Shown piece by piece: positions 1 to 10,776 of a stretch of DNA of 32,000 nucleotides. Source of the stretch: Zygophlyctis sp. KS116 (Eukaryota > Fungi > Chytridiomycota); NCBI GenBank assembly GCA_054661495.1, contig BAAFSQ010000034.1, positions 26,904 to 58,903 of the forward strand, written 5' to 3'. The notes beneath the pieces were generated by a model. That model was not told where the DNA came from and searched no databases. It saw nothing but the letters and a program-made list of their open reading frames with translations. Position 1 is the stretch's first letter. The number at the start of each line of letters is the position of its first letter. The position numbers and the translations under genes are program-made.

Positions 1-527
1 ATGGAGAATAAAGATTAAACAAATGCAAGATATGAATGAAAAGACACTCTCAACAGACTCCAAAAAGGATGAATCAAATCGTAAAATTACTTTAATAACT
101 TGTAGCTGAATTATTAAAGGAAAAAGGAAATTCTTTTTTCAAAGCAGGAAATTGGGAAGCTGCAATGAATGCATTTACAGCAGCAATAGAATTATATCCT
201 AAAAATGTAGGATATCTGTCATCTAGATCTGCAATTTACCTAAAAATGAATTGTCCATCAGAAGCAATGTCTGATTGTAATTCAGCACTATTAATTTTGG
301 ATCAAGAAGATGAAATTATTGTACAAGAATTAATCACAGAATCTGATTCTGAAAAATCTAAAAGACTCAAATCCAGACTCAAATTGTATATTCGTAAAGG
401 CGCAGCAGCACTAGCCATGGGAGATACTCAAACTTCCTATAATAATTACAAGATGGCTTTAGATTTGGAGCCTAAAAATCCTGAATTGAAGGAGAATGTA
501 TCATCACTCTCTAAACTTTGTTTCTGA
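1..527 (+). CDS. DNAAF4: Dynein axonemal assembly factor 4 (DYX1C1) C-terminal TPR region, 5'-truncated by window; intron 81-105
   Basis: Splicing the 25-nt GT-AG intron 81-105 gives ...DESNPELLKEKGNSFFKAGNWEAAMNAFTAAIEL...LKLYIRKGAA...ALDLEPKN. This matches the DYX1C1 'NPEWLKDKGN' TPR tail. Confidence 0.75.
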
Positions 528-871
528 AGCTACTTATAATTAAATCTTTATCCTCTCTAAATTTCTTTAATGCATCAAATTTACATATGAAAACAGGGCT
601 TGCATTTTTATCTACAAATGATGAAAAACAATCCAGGAACCCCATCTCGTCTAAAGAGTACACGATTCGTTTGTCGAAAATTAGTGATATTGTTCATTTT
701 TAATTTTTAAACGTAATAAAAATTATTGGATGAAACGTAATGAATGAAGCAATGATTTATCTTGATGATCAAATAACTGTGCGCCTTGGCACTTTTTTGC
801 ATTTGTGATCGACTATGATTTGCATCAAGATTGATGTTTTTTTAACCGGTCAGTCTAGTTACTGTCAATCC

Positions 872-921
872 GACGTGAATTTCAAATGTCGCCAGGATGT
901 TTATCAGCTCCACAATCTCTT
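872..921 (+). repeat. Dispersed repeat copy A (partner at 30892-30941, opposite strand)
   Basis: gacgtgaatttcaaatgtcgccaggatgtttatcagctccacaatctctt matches the reverse complement of 30892-30941 at 45/50 positions. Confidence 0.85.
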
Positions 922-1711
922 TGTGATTTTTAGTCAATCATGTTTTATTGCATTCTCGTTGTAATTGAGGATTAATCTCATAGTAAAAATTATATGCCGA
1001 CAGTAAGATCATACAGTTGAATATTTTGCATGGGAGTCTCATAGAGAAAGATAGACTGGGCTGTGGTTACTGGAGGGGGTTAAAACATGATCACTTTTCT
1101 TAATCTGAAAAAGAACTTCCAAAAAGCCTTACTTTATGCATAGAAGGTAGTTTTGCTACTAATACAATGACTAGAGATGCTAAATTTATCATAAACGTTG
1201 GTAAATCATAGTGAGTATAATGTGTTGAGAGTAAAAACCTAGAAATTAATTCTTAAAAGTACAAAATGATTGGAACTGCAGTCAGATATTTTTTTGAGGG
1301 TGTAAATTGGGCTCCATTATCTACTTTTTAGAATTTAAAAATACCAATTTGTTCCCATAAAGTCAGACTTTGATATTCATTTTGATTTAAACCAAATGGA
1401 ACCTAGAGAATTATTACTTGTAAATTACACCCAGCATCCCATGAAACATTATAAAAGTAATCGCATTCTACTGATTATTCTCGCGTAAAATTACATAAAC
1501 TAGATTTGTCAGAGTCCAAGAAAGTTCAGAAGTAATTCCCGGTAAAACTCCAAACATTAATTTTAAACCGACAAGAATTGTAAAATGGGTGATTCTAGAA
1601 CCTAGAATTAAATTTCAATTTCAAAACCTCTTAAATTTAACCAATGGGAGTTGGGATTAGTCTCTGTAACTGGATTATTGATCATTAAAAAAAAAGTACT
1701 AGGGCAATATA

Positions 1712-2290
1712 TTATGATCTTCTTCCTCTTCTCTTAAAAGTTTTCCTTTTAGTAAATCTAGATTTCTTGTCTTGAATTTCCAAATATTTCTTTTTAAAAT
1801 AAGATTTAGCATCTGCATCTGCTAATAATTCTTGTACAATATTTTCTCTTCTATCTTTTCTTACTAATCTAGAAGAATAATATTCTGTAGGACCTTGAAT
1901 AACAGTTCCTATTTGTATAAATGGAGAATTTCCCAATTTCTCTTTTCTATAATGTCTTTTAGGATCTAAAACATTTCTACTCTTGAGAACATGTAAATCT
2001 TTTTTTAATGCATCAGTAATTTCCACGGCAGGCATATTAAACCAATCAGGACCTGCAGTTTTTAAAGATTTAGATTTTTTAGAATTTGTAAAAGTTGAAT
2101 TTGGTTTAGGAGGAGAGGTAGATAGTAGGTCTTTTTTCAACAATATTAAACCCTTGGTCTTTTTTAGACTAGATTCAAAATATAGTTTAGAGTCTTGTTG
2201 TATAGAACTAGAGAAATTTAAATTTTCAAAAGAGATTTGAGATTCTTCAAGAGACTTTGTAGCTTTGACTAATAAATCATCCAAATTCAT
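1712..2290 (-). CDS. FCF2: Fcf2 pre-rRNA processing protein (DNTTIP2 family)
   Basis: Intronless ORF with TAGPDWFNMP...DLHVLKSRNVLDPKRHYRK...QIGTVIQGPTEYYSSRL...IVQELL, the Fcf2 domain. Confidence 0.92.
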   Translation of the reverse strand: MNLDDLLVKATKSLEESQISFENLNFSSSIQQDSKLYFESSLKKTKGLILLKKDLLSTSPPKPNSTFTNSKKSKSLKTAGPDWFNMPAVEITDALKKDLHVLKSRNVLDPKRHYRKEKLGNSPFIQIGTVIQGPTEYYSSRLVRKDRRENIVQELLADADAKSYFKKKYLEIQDKKSRFTKRKTFKRRGRRS

Positions 2291-2467
2291 AAAGAAAATT
2301 ATTAAGAAAATTATTCAATAAAATTTTAAAAGTCTAGACCTTACAACTTGAACTCTTTCACTACTTATAGAGCAATCTAAAATTAAAATCAAGCATATTT
2401 ATTCAATACAACCCGATCAAACCAATTCAATAAATGTTTATCTTGAGGTAGCATAATCTTAAAATCT

Positions 2468-3229
2468 TCAATTCCAAAATGGAAAACTTGGTGATTCCCC
2501 TCTTGATGAAATTTCAATTTCTCTATTAGCATCAGGAAATCCAACTTGTAATTGAACATTTAGATCTGAATGAAATACATCAAAGCGTAGAAAATCCTTT
2601 GGGTTACTACTATCCACTTCATGAGTCTTGTCATCCTGATTAGAATTATTTTCCCAATTTTCATTTCTAAAAGAAATCTCCCAATCCTCTATAAATTCTA
2701 CTTGAAATCCACCCATTTTGTTACATGAAAGAGGACAAGAGTCAACATCACTTGAATTATTTGCACATGGAGCATCATCTCCCCATTGCTTATGAGGTAG
2801 AATAAGATGAGGAATAGACTCTAAATCCCAAAATAAAAGTAGTCGAACAATAATCCACGCTTCACAAGTAGATAGATTAACTATAGTCTTTTGTGGAGCT
2901 ATTTTAGGTATGATTTCATATAATGGCTCAAAAAAGTAATAGTCTCCTTGTTCATCTCCAAAATATTGACATCCATATTTAATCTTTTGAGTAGCAGTAA
3001 ATCCCTTATTCCTCATACATAACATGGAATGTCCAAATTCTGCTCCTTTACGATCATTCATTACAAACCAAGCAATCAGTGGTGGGCCAGACTTAAAGTA
3101 TGAGCAAAGATACGCATCAATCATAGATTTAAAGCTGTAAGATACTCTTCTCATCTTGAACAAGTGCTGTATAGTACATTTACTCAACCAAATACATTGA
3201 ATTTCAAGGGGAAAAAGTAGTAAATTCAT
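2468..3229 (-). CDS. F-box-like protein (3' end may extend to 2389 if a 34-nt intron at 2545-2578 is real)
   Basis: N-terminus MNLLLFPLEIQCIWLSKCTIQHLFKMRRVSYSFKSMI fits the F-box pattern (LP.EI...I...L...L.....VS..F). The rest is not recognised. Confidence 0.6.
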   Translation of the reverse strand: MNLLLFPLEIQCIWLSKCTIQHLFKMRRVSYSFKSMIDAYLCSYFKSGPPLIAWFVMNDRKGAEFGHSMLCMRNKGFTATQKIKYGCQYFGDEQGDYYFFEPLYEIIPKIAPQKTIVNLSTCEAWIIVRLLLFWDLESIPHLILPHKQWGDDAPCANNSSDVDSCPLSCNKMGGFQVEFIEDWEISFRNENWENNSNQDDKTHEVDSSNPKDFLRFDVFHSDLNVQLQVGFPDANREIEISSRGESPSFPFWN

Positions 3230-3300
3230 TGTCTGAAAGAGCTTGCGTGGCACTGATAAGAGAGTTGAGACCTTCCAATCAACCTACTGCCAATAGTATA

Positions 3301-3663
3301 ATGAATTCAAACGCTTTATTAGATTTTCATTCTCTTCATTTTAGCAAAAGCAGCAAAGAATCATTTCTTGCATCTCTAAATACAAAATCTGATATTCAGT
3401 CTGATGATCAAGTTTCACTAACTCTATCACCAGAAATTATACAAATGTTTCAGTTTTCCCAAGACTTCAAAAGGAAAAGGAAGAAAGAAATAGAAGAAGA
3501 GTCTCAAACTCTAAAGAAACCTCTTTTAGAAAAGATTCAATCTCCAATTGAAAGATTTGGAGAAAATGGAAGAGAAATTCAAGATTTGGAAAAGGAATTA
3601 AATGAAAATGGATTACAATTTATCAATTATCATGTTTGGCCAGTTATGTCATTATCTTTTTGA
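3301..3663 (+). CDS. GEMIN8: Gemin8-like SMN complex subunit
   Basis: LSPEIIQMFQFSQDFKRKR and the C-terminal RFGENGREIQDLEKEL...VWPVMSLSF resemble Gemin8 (LYG.....I..ME......YWPVIPLKF). Confidence 0.65.
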   Translation: MNSNALLDFHSLHFSKSSKESFLASLNTKSDIQSDDQVSLTLSPEIIQMFQFSQDFKRKRKKEIEEESQTLKKPLLEKIQSPIERFGENGREIQDLEKELNENGLQFINYHVWPVMSLSF

Positions 3664-3679
3664 TCAAATTTCTATAAAT

Positions 3680-4414
3680 TCAAACTACATTTCGACATTC
3701 AACACTACCGTCTAATTTTCCTATATAGATAGTATTAGCCATTTTAGAAAAGATTCCAGTTTCAATAATTCCTGGAATCTTTATTAAATCTTGCTGTAAA
3801 GTATACGGATCTTTTAAAAGTCCAAAGTTTGTATCTAGAATGAAATTACCATTATCAGTAACTACTGGTCCGGCTTTTCCTGTTCCTTGTCTTAATTCAG
3901 GAATTCCTCCTAATGATTTCAATTGATTCATTACTAAAACATAAGCTAAAGGTACAACTTCAATTGGAATTCCTCTAGTCCACTAAAATTAATAATTTAA
4001 ATAATACAAAAGTTCCCAAGGTTTTTGAATCTTTAGACTCATCTACAAGTATTATAAACTTTTTAGATGCAGATGCAACTAGTTTTTCTTGTAGTAAACA
4101 TCCTCCTCCTCCCTTGATAAGATTAAATTCAGAGTCAATTTCATCTGCACCGTCAAATGCAATATCTAATTGGGGATATTGATTTAGATTTCCCTGAATT
4201 TAAAAATAATAGTTACTAATGGTAGTCCATGTTTAAGAATTAATTGCTCAGACTGAAAGGATGTAGGAATACATGCCTTGATTTTAGATTTATTTTCTGC
4301 TAGATATTTAACTGCATACACAATTGTAGAACCTGATCCAATTCCAATTATGGATGCGTTACCCAATTCTGCCTTGATTGCAGCTTTGGCTACTAATTCT
4401 TTAATCTTTTCCAT
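3680..4414 (-). CDS. RKI1: Ribose-5-phosphate isomerase A; introns 4194-4216 and 3983-4007
   Basis: Motifs IGIGSGSTI, DGADE, IKGGGGCLLQEK, GIPIEVVP, KAGPVVTDNGNFILD, IPGIIETGIF. Confidence 0.95.
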
Positions 4415-4605
4415 TATTTTCAATTCCTAATAACTGCCCAAATTTGTCATGTCAGCTATATAATTCGCATTCTTGGTCTGCTTGTAATGCGTATATAATG
4501 GATAAGTAGGTGATGAGCTCTCCCTTTCAACAACTAAAGGTGGATCTGCTCTCAAGCCTGGTCTAAGACTGACTGATCTTTCTTCTCAACCGGGCTATTT
4601 AGAAA

Positions 4606-5057
4606 ATGATGATGATCATCCTTTGCCGTCAAAGAAGAGGAAATGGTACTCAATTTCCAGATTTTATGATCATTTTTGACTATCGAATGAATTTGGTGAA
4701 TGAAGCAAAGAGAAGAAAATTGATCGGAAACTGTGATTACACCATCTGCCACCGTGGACTTCGGAATCTTCCTCACTTGGTTATTATAGAAGCTAAAATA
4801 ACAAACAATGAGACAATGTTACAGTGCATTGGGGAGTGTGCTTCCATTCATTATAGAAGAACGGAAGCTGGAATGGTAAATCTAAAAGTATATGGCATTC
4901 ATTCAACAGGGAGTATCTGGAAGTTTATTTTTATTGATGAAAAAGGTTCGACGTTTGTCTCAAAAGAGTAAAAATTATGTCAAGGAAGGCTTTGATCTAA
5001 CATATTGTCTGGTTTACTATGTAGTGAAACAATCTCATATTAACAGCCCAATTTGAG
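4606..5057 (+). pseudogene. Decayed PD-(D/E)XK restriction-endonuclease-fold gene (Crinkler/CR-REase-like fragment)
   Basis: GNCDYTI...HLVIIEAK...QCIGECAS...VYGIHSTGSIWKFIFID has the D..EAK nuclease pattern. It lacks a credible start, stops at 4969-4971, and coding-like sequence (LVYYVVKQS) continues after the stop. Confidence 0.6.
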
Positions 5058-5101
5058 AGTCCGAAATTCAGATGATTTATTTAGGTTTGTGTTACAAATT
5101 A

Positions 5102-6249
5102 ATGGCGACGTTTCTCCTTGGTATTCTTTTCTTATTATCTGCGGTATCAGCAGGCGATGTACTTTCTCTGGACTCTTCCAATTTTGACAAAATCATTGAT
5201 GGTTCTGTTCCAGCTTTAATAAAGTTTTATGCCGTATTTTTAAATTACTAATCTGTAAGCCGTGGTGTGGACACTGTAAAAGTTTGGCTCCGGTGTACGA
5301 AGAATTAGCTGCTGCTTTCAAACACAGCAAAGATGTGATCATTGCGGAAGTTGATGCGGATGCTGATAAGACTTTAGGCAGTAGATTTAATATTAATGGT
5401 TATCCAACATTGAAATGGTTTCCAAAAGGAGGAAAAGACGAGGTAAAATATAACAGTACTAATTGGTAGGCGTATGAAGGAGGGCGTGAATTAGATGGTT
5501 TGGTATCTTTCATCACTGAAAAGACTGGGGTAAAGTCTAATATTGTTAAACCAATCAATTATGTTAAAAATTTGGACGATTCAAACTTTGATTCTGTGAT
5601 TTCTGCTGGGGATCATGTTTTGGTAGAATTTTATGCGCCATGGTGTGGTCATTGCAAAAATCTAAAGCCAATTTATGAAAAAGTAGCTGGAACATTTGCT
5701 AATGAGAAATCTTGTATTGTAGCTGCGATTGATGCAACGACAGTACCCTCTATTGCTGAAAAGTATGATGTGTCTGGATATCCTACAATAAAAATGTTTA
5801 GTAATGGAGAAGTAAAAGATTATAATGGAGGCAGGACTGAAGAAGATTTTATATCATATTTAAATGAGGTATGTGGCACAAAACGATTATCAGGTGGTGA
5901 GTTGATGGCGGATGCTGGAAAAATACCTGAATTGGATATTGATGCTAATAAGTTTGCAAGTGCAACTACAGATGATGATCGAAAGAAAGCTTTAGAGAAC
6001 TTGAAAAAGCTTGCTTCAAAGATTGACACTAAAAGTGCAAAATACTATGTAAAAGTTGCTGAAAAATTAGTCAAGAGTTCTGACTTTTCAGTCAAAGAGT
6101 CAAAACGACTTTCAAAAATCTTGGCTGGTCAAAATTTGTCTATTGAAAAGAGAGACCAATTTAAAATACGCTTGAACATTTTAAATTCGTTCTTGGAAAC
6201 TAAATCGGACGATACCGAGTCCAAAGGGCGTGAAAAGGAAGACCTTTAG
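5102..6249 (+). CDS. Protein disulfide isomerase, ERp38/TigA (PDIA6-like) type; introns 5234-5259 and 5443-5469
   Basis: Signal peptide MATFLLGILFLLSAVSA, two APWCGHCK thioredoxin domains, an ERp29-like helical C-terminal domain and a KEDL end. Confidence 0.93.
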
Positions 6250-6278
6250 TTTTTAAAAGTGAAAAAGATATATTTCTT

Positions 6279-8349
6279 TTATTTTGACCATGAATACCAC
6301 AAAATTGATATCAATGCAATGCCGATCGGAATAGCGAGCGGAAGCATGCTAGTTGCTAAGGTGTTACTTTCGGTATTTTCTAAAATTTACAATTTTAAAG
6401 CATACTAATCAAGGGTACTGACAAAAGATCTAGACCACCCTTTAAAGCTTCAGCGGTTGGCATTTTTCCTGCACTGAAAAGTTGGCTAGCATGAGCCGCA
6501 ACGGGGTCTTTACCAAGTGTACAGACAGCCAAAACCTCTCCTTTACGGGCATAGAAAGCCGCAAAAGCTAAACCACCTCCGGTAGCGTCTGATTCTAATG
6601 ATCCCTATTACTTTTAATATTAATTCTTTATACTTGAATGATCACGTCATCAAATGATTCTGCATGTCCTGTATATCTAATTGACTTTCCAAAAAGTACA
6701 GTCCTATTTGTCAATAATTAAAAGAAATAAGCACCAGAAGAAGGGGACCTAAAAGATTATTTCAAATAACTGTACCTGAACAAATTCCTGTAAAGATTCA
6801 TTCTTCTCTGTAGCTATAATGTTTTTGGCAACAAGGCGTCCTTGGTTTTCTGCAACATTCCAATGTTCTATTCTCACCATTTCTTTGGTAAAGTGGTAAC
6901 TGTAACGAGCCAAATCTCCAATCGCATAGACATTATCTAAATCTGGAATTTTCATGGTTGGAGCCACTGTGATTCCACCATCTCTATCAAGCTGAATTCC
7001 ACTTTCTTTTAAATAATCTGTTTTGGGAGAAACACCTGCTCCAATTATAACAAAGTCAGCAGGTATCTTTTCACCAGACTTCAAGACAACTGAACCAACC
7101 GCTCCGGAACGGGATGCTTATTTTACTTGAAAAAATAAATACCGGAAGAATCAAATCGTTCAACTAATGACTCCATTTTCAAGGTAACACCACTTTTCTC
7201 GGTCAATGCTCCCAAAGCGGATCCAACTGCCGGGCCCAAGACCCGTTCAAACGGAACCTAGTTTTAGCTATAGAATTTATTTCCAACCTTTTCCATTCCA
7301 GCTACTGTCACATTGGCATGTTTGGCCAACGTACTTGCAGCTTCCATTCCAATAAAACTAGAACCAACAATCACCACATTAGGTTTTCCGGCCTTTGACG
7401 CTTCCAATAACGCTTATAATCAATAAAAAAATATCACCTGCTTCAATATGTGCTGCATCCTCTGCATTACGCATAGTGAATATATTCTTCAAGTCCACAC
7501 CTCCCCATGGAAAAATTCGAGGCTAAAAGCAATTAAAAAAAGTGTAATACATCTCCTCCAGTTGCTATAACCAGATTGTCATATTTTAAAGCCGTTCCGG
7601 AACTAGTGTGAACCATTTTACTTTTAATATCCACAGATGACACTTGCTAAAATTAATTTAAATTAATTTACTGTATCCAGAGTCATTTTTATCCCATAAT
7701 CCTCAAAATGTTTTGCATCCCTAAGAGCAATCTTGTTTACGTCAACTTTTAAGGATTTTGACAATTTTGGTCTATCAATTGGTAAATATCCTTCACGACT
7801 AATCAGCTCAATCTGCCCAGTATATCCAAAAGCTCTTAGTGCCTCAACTGTTGCAAATCCAGCTCCTCCTCCCCCAATCACAATAGTCTTTTTCTTCTCA
7901 GTACCAGTATTTAAACATGTTGGAACACGTCTTGCAGCTTTAACGACTATTATTACATTTTAGATTTGATATACCAGATGGATCAGCAGCAATCTTTACT
8001 TCATCTCCTGAAATACTAACTTTATAGCTATTTAGACAATCTATTGAAGGAGCATCTTCAATATCTCCAGTTTTTACGTCAAAGCAAGCACCATGCCAAG
8101 GACATGTAACTGTCGCCTTATCCCCATTCACAGCCAAAACTCCTTTTACCAACGGCGCCTTGTAATGCGGACATAGATGCGAAGTTGCATAATCTAAGAT
8201 TAAATTTCTAATTTTACAATTCCCATTGACTCTATACAAAAGCGCTTTGCCTCCGTCTAATGCAACTTCCTTCCTAAATTCAGATTTTTAAATCAATACA
8301 TTTGTCCATCTTTCAAATCACCAACTTTTGCCACTGTCACTGTAGACAT
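6279..8349 (-). CDS. Apoptosis-inducing-factor-like Rieske [2Fe-2S] plus pyridine nucleotide-disulfide oxidoreductase (AIFM3/aif1 type), 12 introns
   Basis: Rieske motifs CPHYKAPL and CPWHGACF, then GGGGAG, DRPKLSK, VGSSFIGME, GDLA, RIEHWNVAENQGR and VPFFWT. Introns at 8274-8299, 8194-8217, 7947-7974, 7647-7671, 7523-7550, 7413-7437, 7258-7287, 7117-7142, 6749-6775, 6704-6734, 6605-6633 and 6380-6405. Confidence 0.9.
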
Positions 8350-8414
8350 TCTAAATCGTTGTATGACGGTAAACCAGGACCTAATCATTTTTACAAGGGT
8401 AGTGCAAAGTGGAA

Positions 8415-9260
8415 ATGGCAGCGATTGCAGACTTTACGATGGGAGTTTTAGATGCATTTGCATGGCCCGCATGTTTTGTAGTTTTGTACGGGTAAATATT
8501 ATATTTTTATTTTATAGATCAAAGAGGTTGCAAAGCCGAATACTCCAATCTTGTCTTATAAATGGCGGAATTTTCTTGGGATCGGTCTTAATATTCGAAA
8601 CTGGAATTAAATTGCTCTCTACAAATGATGGATGGTTGATGCGTTTTTTATATCAATATTTATTGGTTTATCCTATATTTATTGTGTCATTGGTAATAAG
8701 CAACAGAATATATCGTGATGTTGGACATGATGCAAGTCTGATATTTTTAGGCTCAATCAGGAAAGACGGGGGAGCGTCAGGATCACAATCCTTTTTTAGT
8801 TCGTTTGCTGTTCAAGGTTATTATTGGATGTTATTGGGAGTTTTAATTGTTCAAGCTAAATTATTATCGCTTTTTCCTGTTATCGGACCAATGTTATCAT
8901 TCTTGTTTTTTTCAATTGTATCTGCATGGTATTCATTCGAATACGCTTGGAATTCTTTACATTATACTTTAGAAAAAAAAGTACAATTATTGGAAGAAAA
9001 TTGGGTATTCTTTATTGGGTTTGGAACTCCATTGACTCTAATGACATTTTTTTCTCCTTTTACTCTAAATCAAGGAATATTTGCACTATTATTTCCATTT
9101 GTATAAATTAAAAGAAACTAAAGAATAGTATATAATTATGGCGAATAAGGCAACTCCTCATATATCAAAGCTATCATTTAGAAAAAGATTGCCTTTTTTG
9201 CAACCAGCGATTAGTATTATAAATCTAGTTGTTAAAAAGTCATCTGAAAAAATAGATTAA
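8415..9260 (+). CDS. EI24: EI24 (etoposide-induced 2.4) family membrane protein; introns 8492-8517 and 9101-9128
   Basis: Spliced MAAIADFTMGVLDAFAWP...QSCLINGGIFLGS...YSFEYAW...LEENWVFFIGFGTPLT...GIFALLFPFYIIMA. Confidence 0.88.
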
Positions 9261-10448
9261 ATCCATATTGATTCAATATTAAGATGGAAAGATTGTGGTT
9301 TAGAATCTAAAGCTTGATAATCACCAGGTCTAATGATTAAAGTTAAGTGCTTACCCAGGACAAACTTGGTTTTGTGGATCATTAAATCTTGGTAAATATC
9401 CTAATGTAGCTATTGGGACTCCCTTGTGAATTTTTTCAGAGGCTTTGGCTACTTCATAGTTTCCTGGGCCTGGAATTTCATCTTTTGGTATCATTGATGG
9501 TGTTTGTTTCATAAACCCTTGAGACGTTGCAATTGTACCTAATTTACAACGTACTCTGTACTTTTAAAGTATTATAATTTACATTTTTCGGGGTACATGT
9601 CTTACAGGATCTCTTTCATATGTTCCAGGACCTATAATTATAAAGGTCGGAAGAATGATACCTGGTGTTAGAATACTAGTAATAAGATCAAATGTTTCTA
9701 ATTACCTTTTAGTCTCTAGAGAACGACCTGTCCCTCTAAATGCAGCTTGAGCACCAGAAACTCGTCTTAATGGCGCAAGCGGTTCATACGCTCCTGGAGG
9801 TGGTAAATCATCCTTTAAAAATGCCACTCTATTGGTACGACTTTTAAATACAGATGATGCTGATTTGATGTGATTTTTCAAGGAAAATAAATCATAAGAA
9901 CCTATAAATTCAATGTCCGAAAATTTATATACCTGGTCCTGGAGCTGGTTTAAATCCCCATCTATTTTTAACTAGTCCTTGAGTTCCAGACTTGAATTTA
10001 TTTGTAGATGCCATCGGCATTCTAAATGCTGGTGATAGTGTTTCGTTCGCAGAATATACGGCATCTTTTGGATTATAATAAGCCGGAGATCGTTTAGCAT
10101 CCCATATATTAGTAGTTATGTTTTTAAATCTAGCTTGATTAGATCCAAAATCTGTGGCTTTTTGAAGAATACATTGGCCATTTTTATCCTTATCATAATA
10201 TCCGGGACCAGGAAGATCATTCTACCATTTTAAAATGGCAATATTACCATTAAATTATTAAATCGCTTTGTACTAGAATCAAAACCTTTTTCTTCATTGT
10301 CATCGTAATGGATAGTATGGAACTTTGTTGGGATAGAGCAAGGATGGATTGTGAGTTTGATCTTTTCTTTATGTGCATGCGGCTTCTTATATTTTTTCCC
10401 AACGGATCGCTCATTCAATTTACTGGAAGGATAGATGCTATCATTCAT
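9257..10448 (-). CDS. STPG1: Sperm-tail PG-rich repeat (SHIPPO repeat) protein, STPG1/MAPO2-like; about 6 introns
   Basis: SIPTKF...EEKGFDSSTKRF...NDLPGPGYY, several PGPGxY repeats and a C-terminal SFHLNIESIWI. Introns at 10222-10247, 9902-9932, 9676-9705, 9632-9661, 9556-9582 and 9330-9354. Confidence 0.8.
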
Positions 10449-10776
10449 GTTCTTTATAATTCACAATTTAACCGGCGAATGACGTACTGATCAATATTTC
10501 CTGCAAAGGATCACTCAAAAGAGTCACAATGATCAATGAGAATAAATAATCTTCTTTAAAATTCAATACCGGCTGGTAAATAGGAATTTAATCGTTTCTA
10601 TAAATTAAATTTCTAAACATTAAACATTTCGGGCAAGAATCATGTTTTTGTATGGAATGACTACTGATGATTTCTGACTATTCTATCATTTCACTTTTGT
10701 GGATCGGTTCATCATTTAAATCCACTGAAATATGCAGTCATATGAAACGTAAGTGCGCCACTCCACCACCAGAATC

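Noticed and set aside
511-693. Minus-strand open frame (...EMGFLDCFSSFVDKNASPVFICKFDALKKFREDKDLIISSFRNKV*) overlapping the DNAAF4 end, and the plus ORF 518-703
   Set aside because: No recognisable motif, start context or upstream exon. It may be relic sequence.
1590-1690. Short peptide ISKPLKFNQWELGLVSV, faintly like the N-terminus of Polinton-type minor capsid proteins
   Set aside because: Too short and interrupted by stops, with no other viral hallmark nearby.
8363-8414. ORF-track start at 8363, only 13 nt from the AIF start
   Set aside because: A better model starts at 8415 and uses intron 8492-8517, giving an EI24-like N-terminus.
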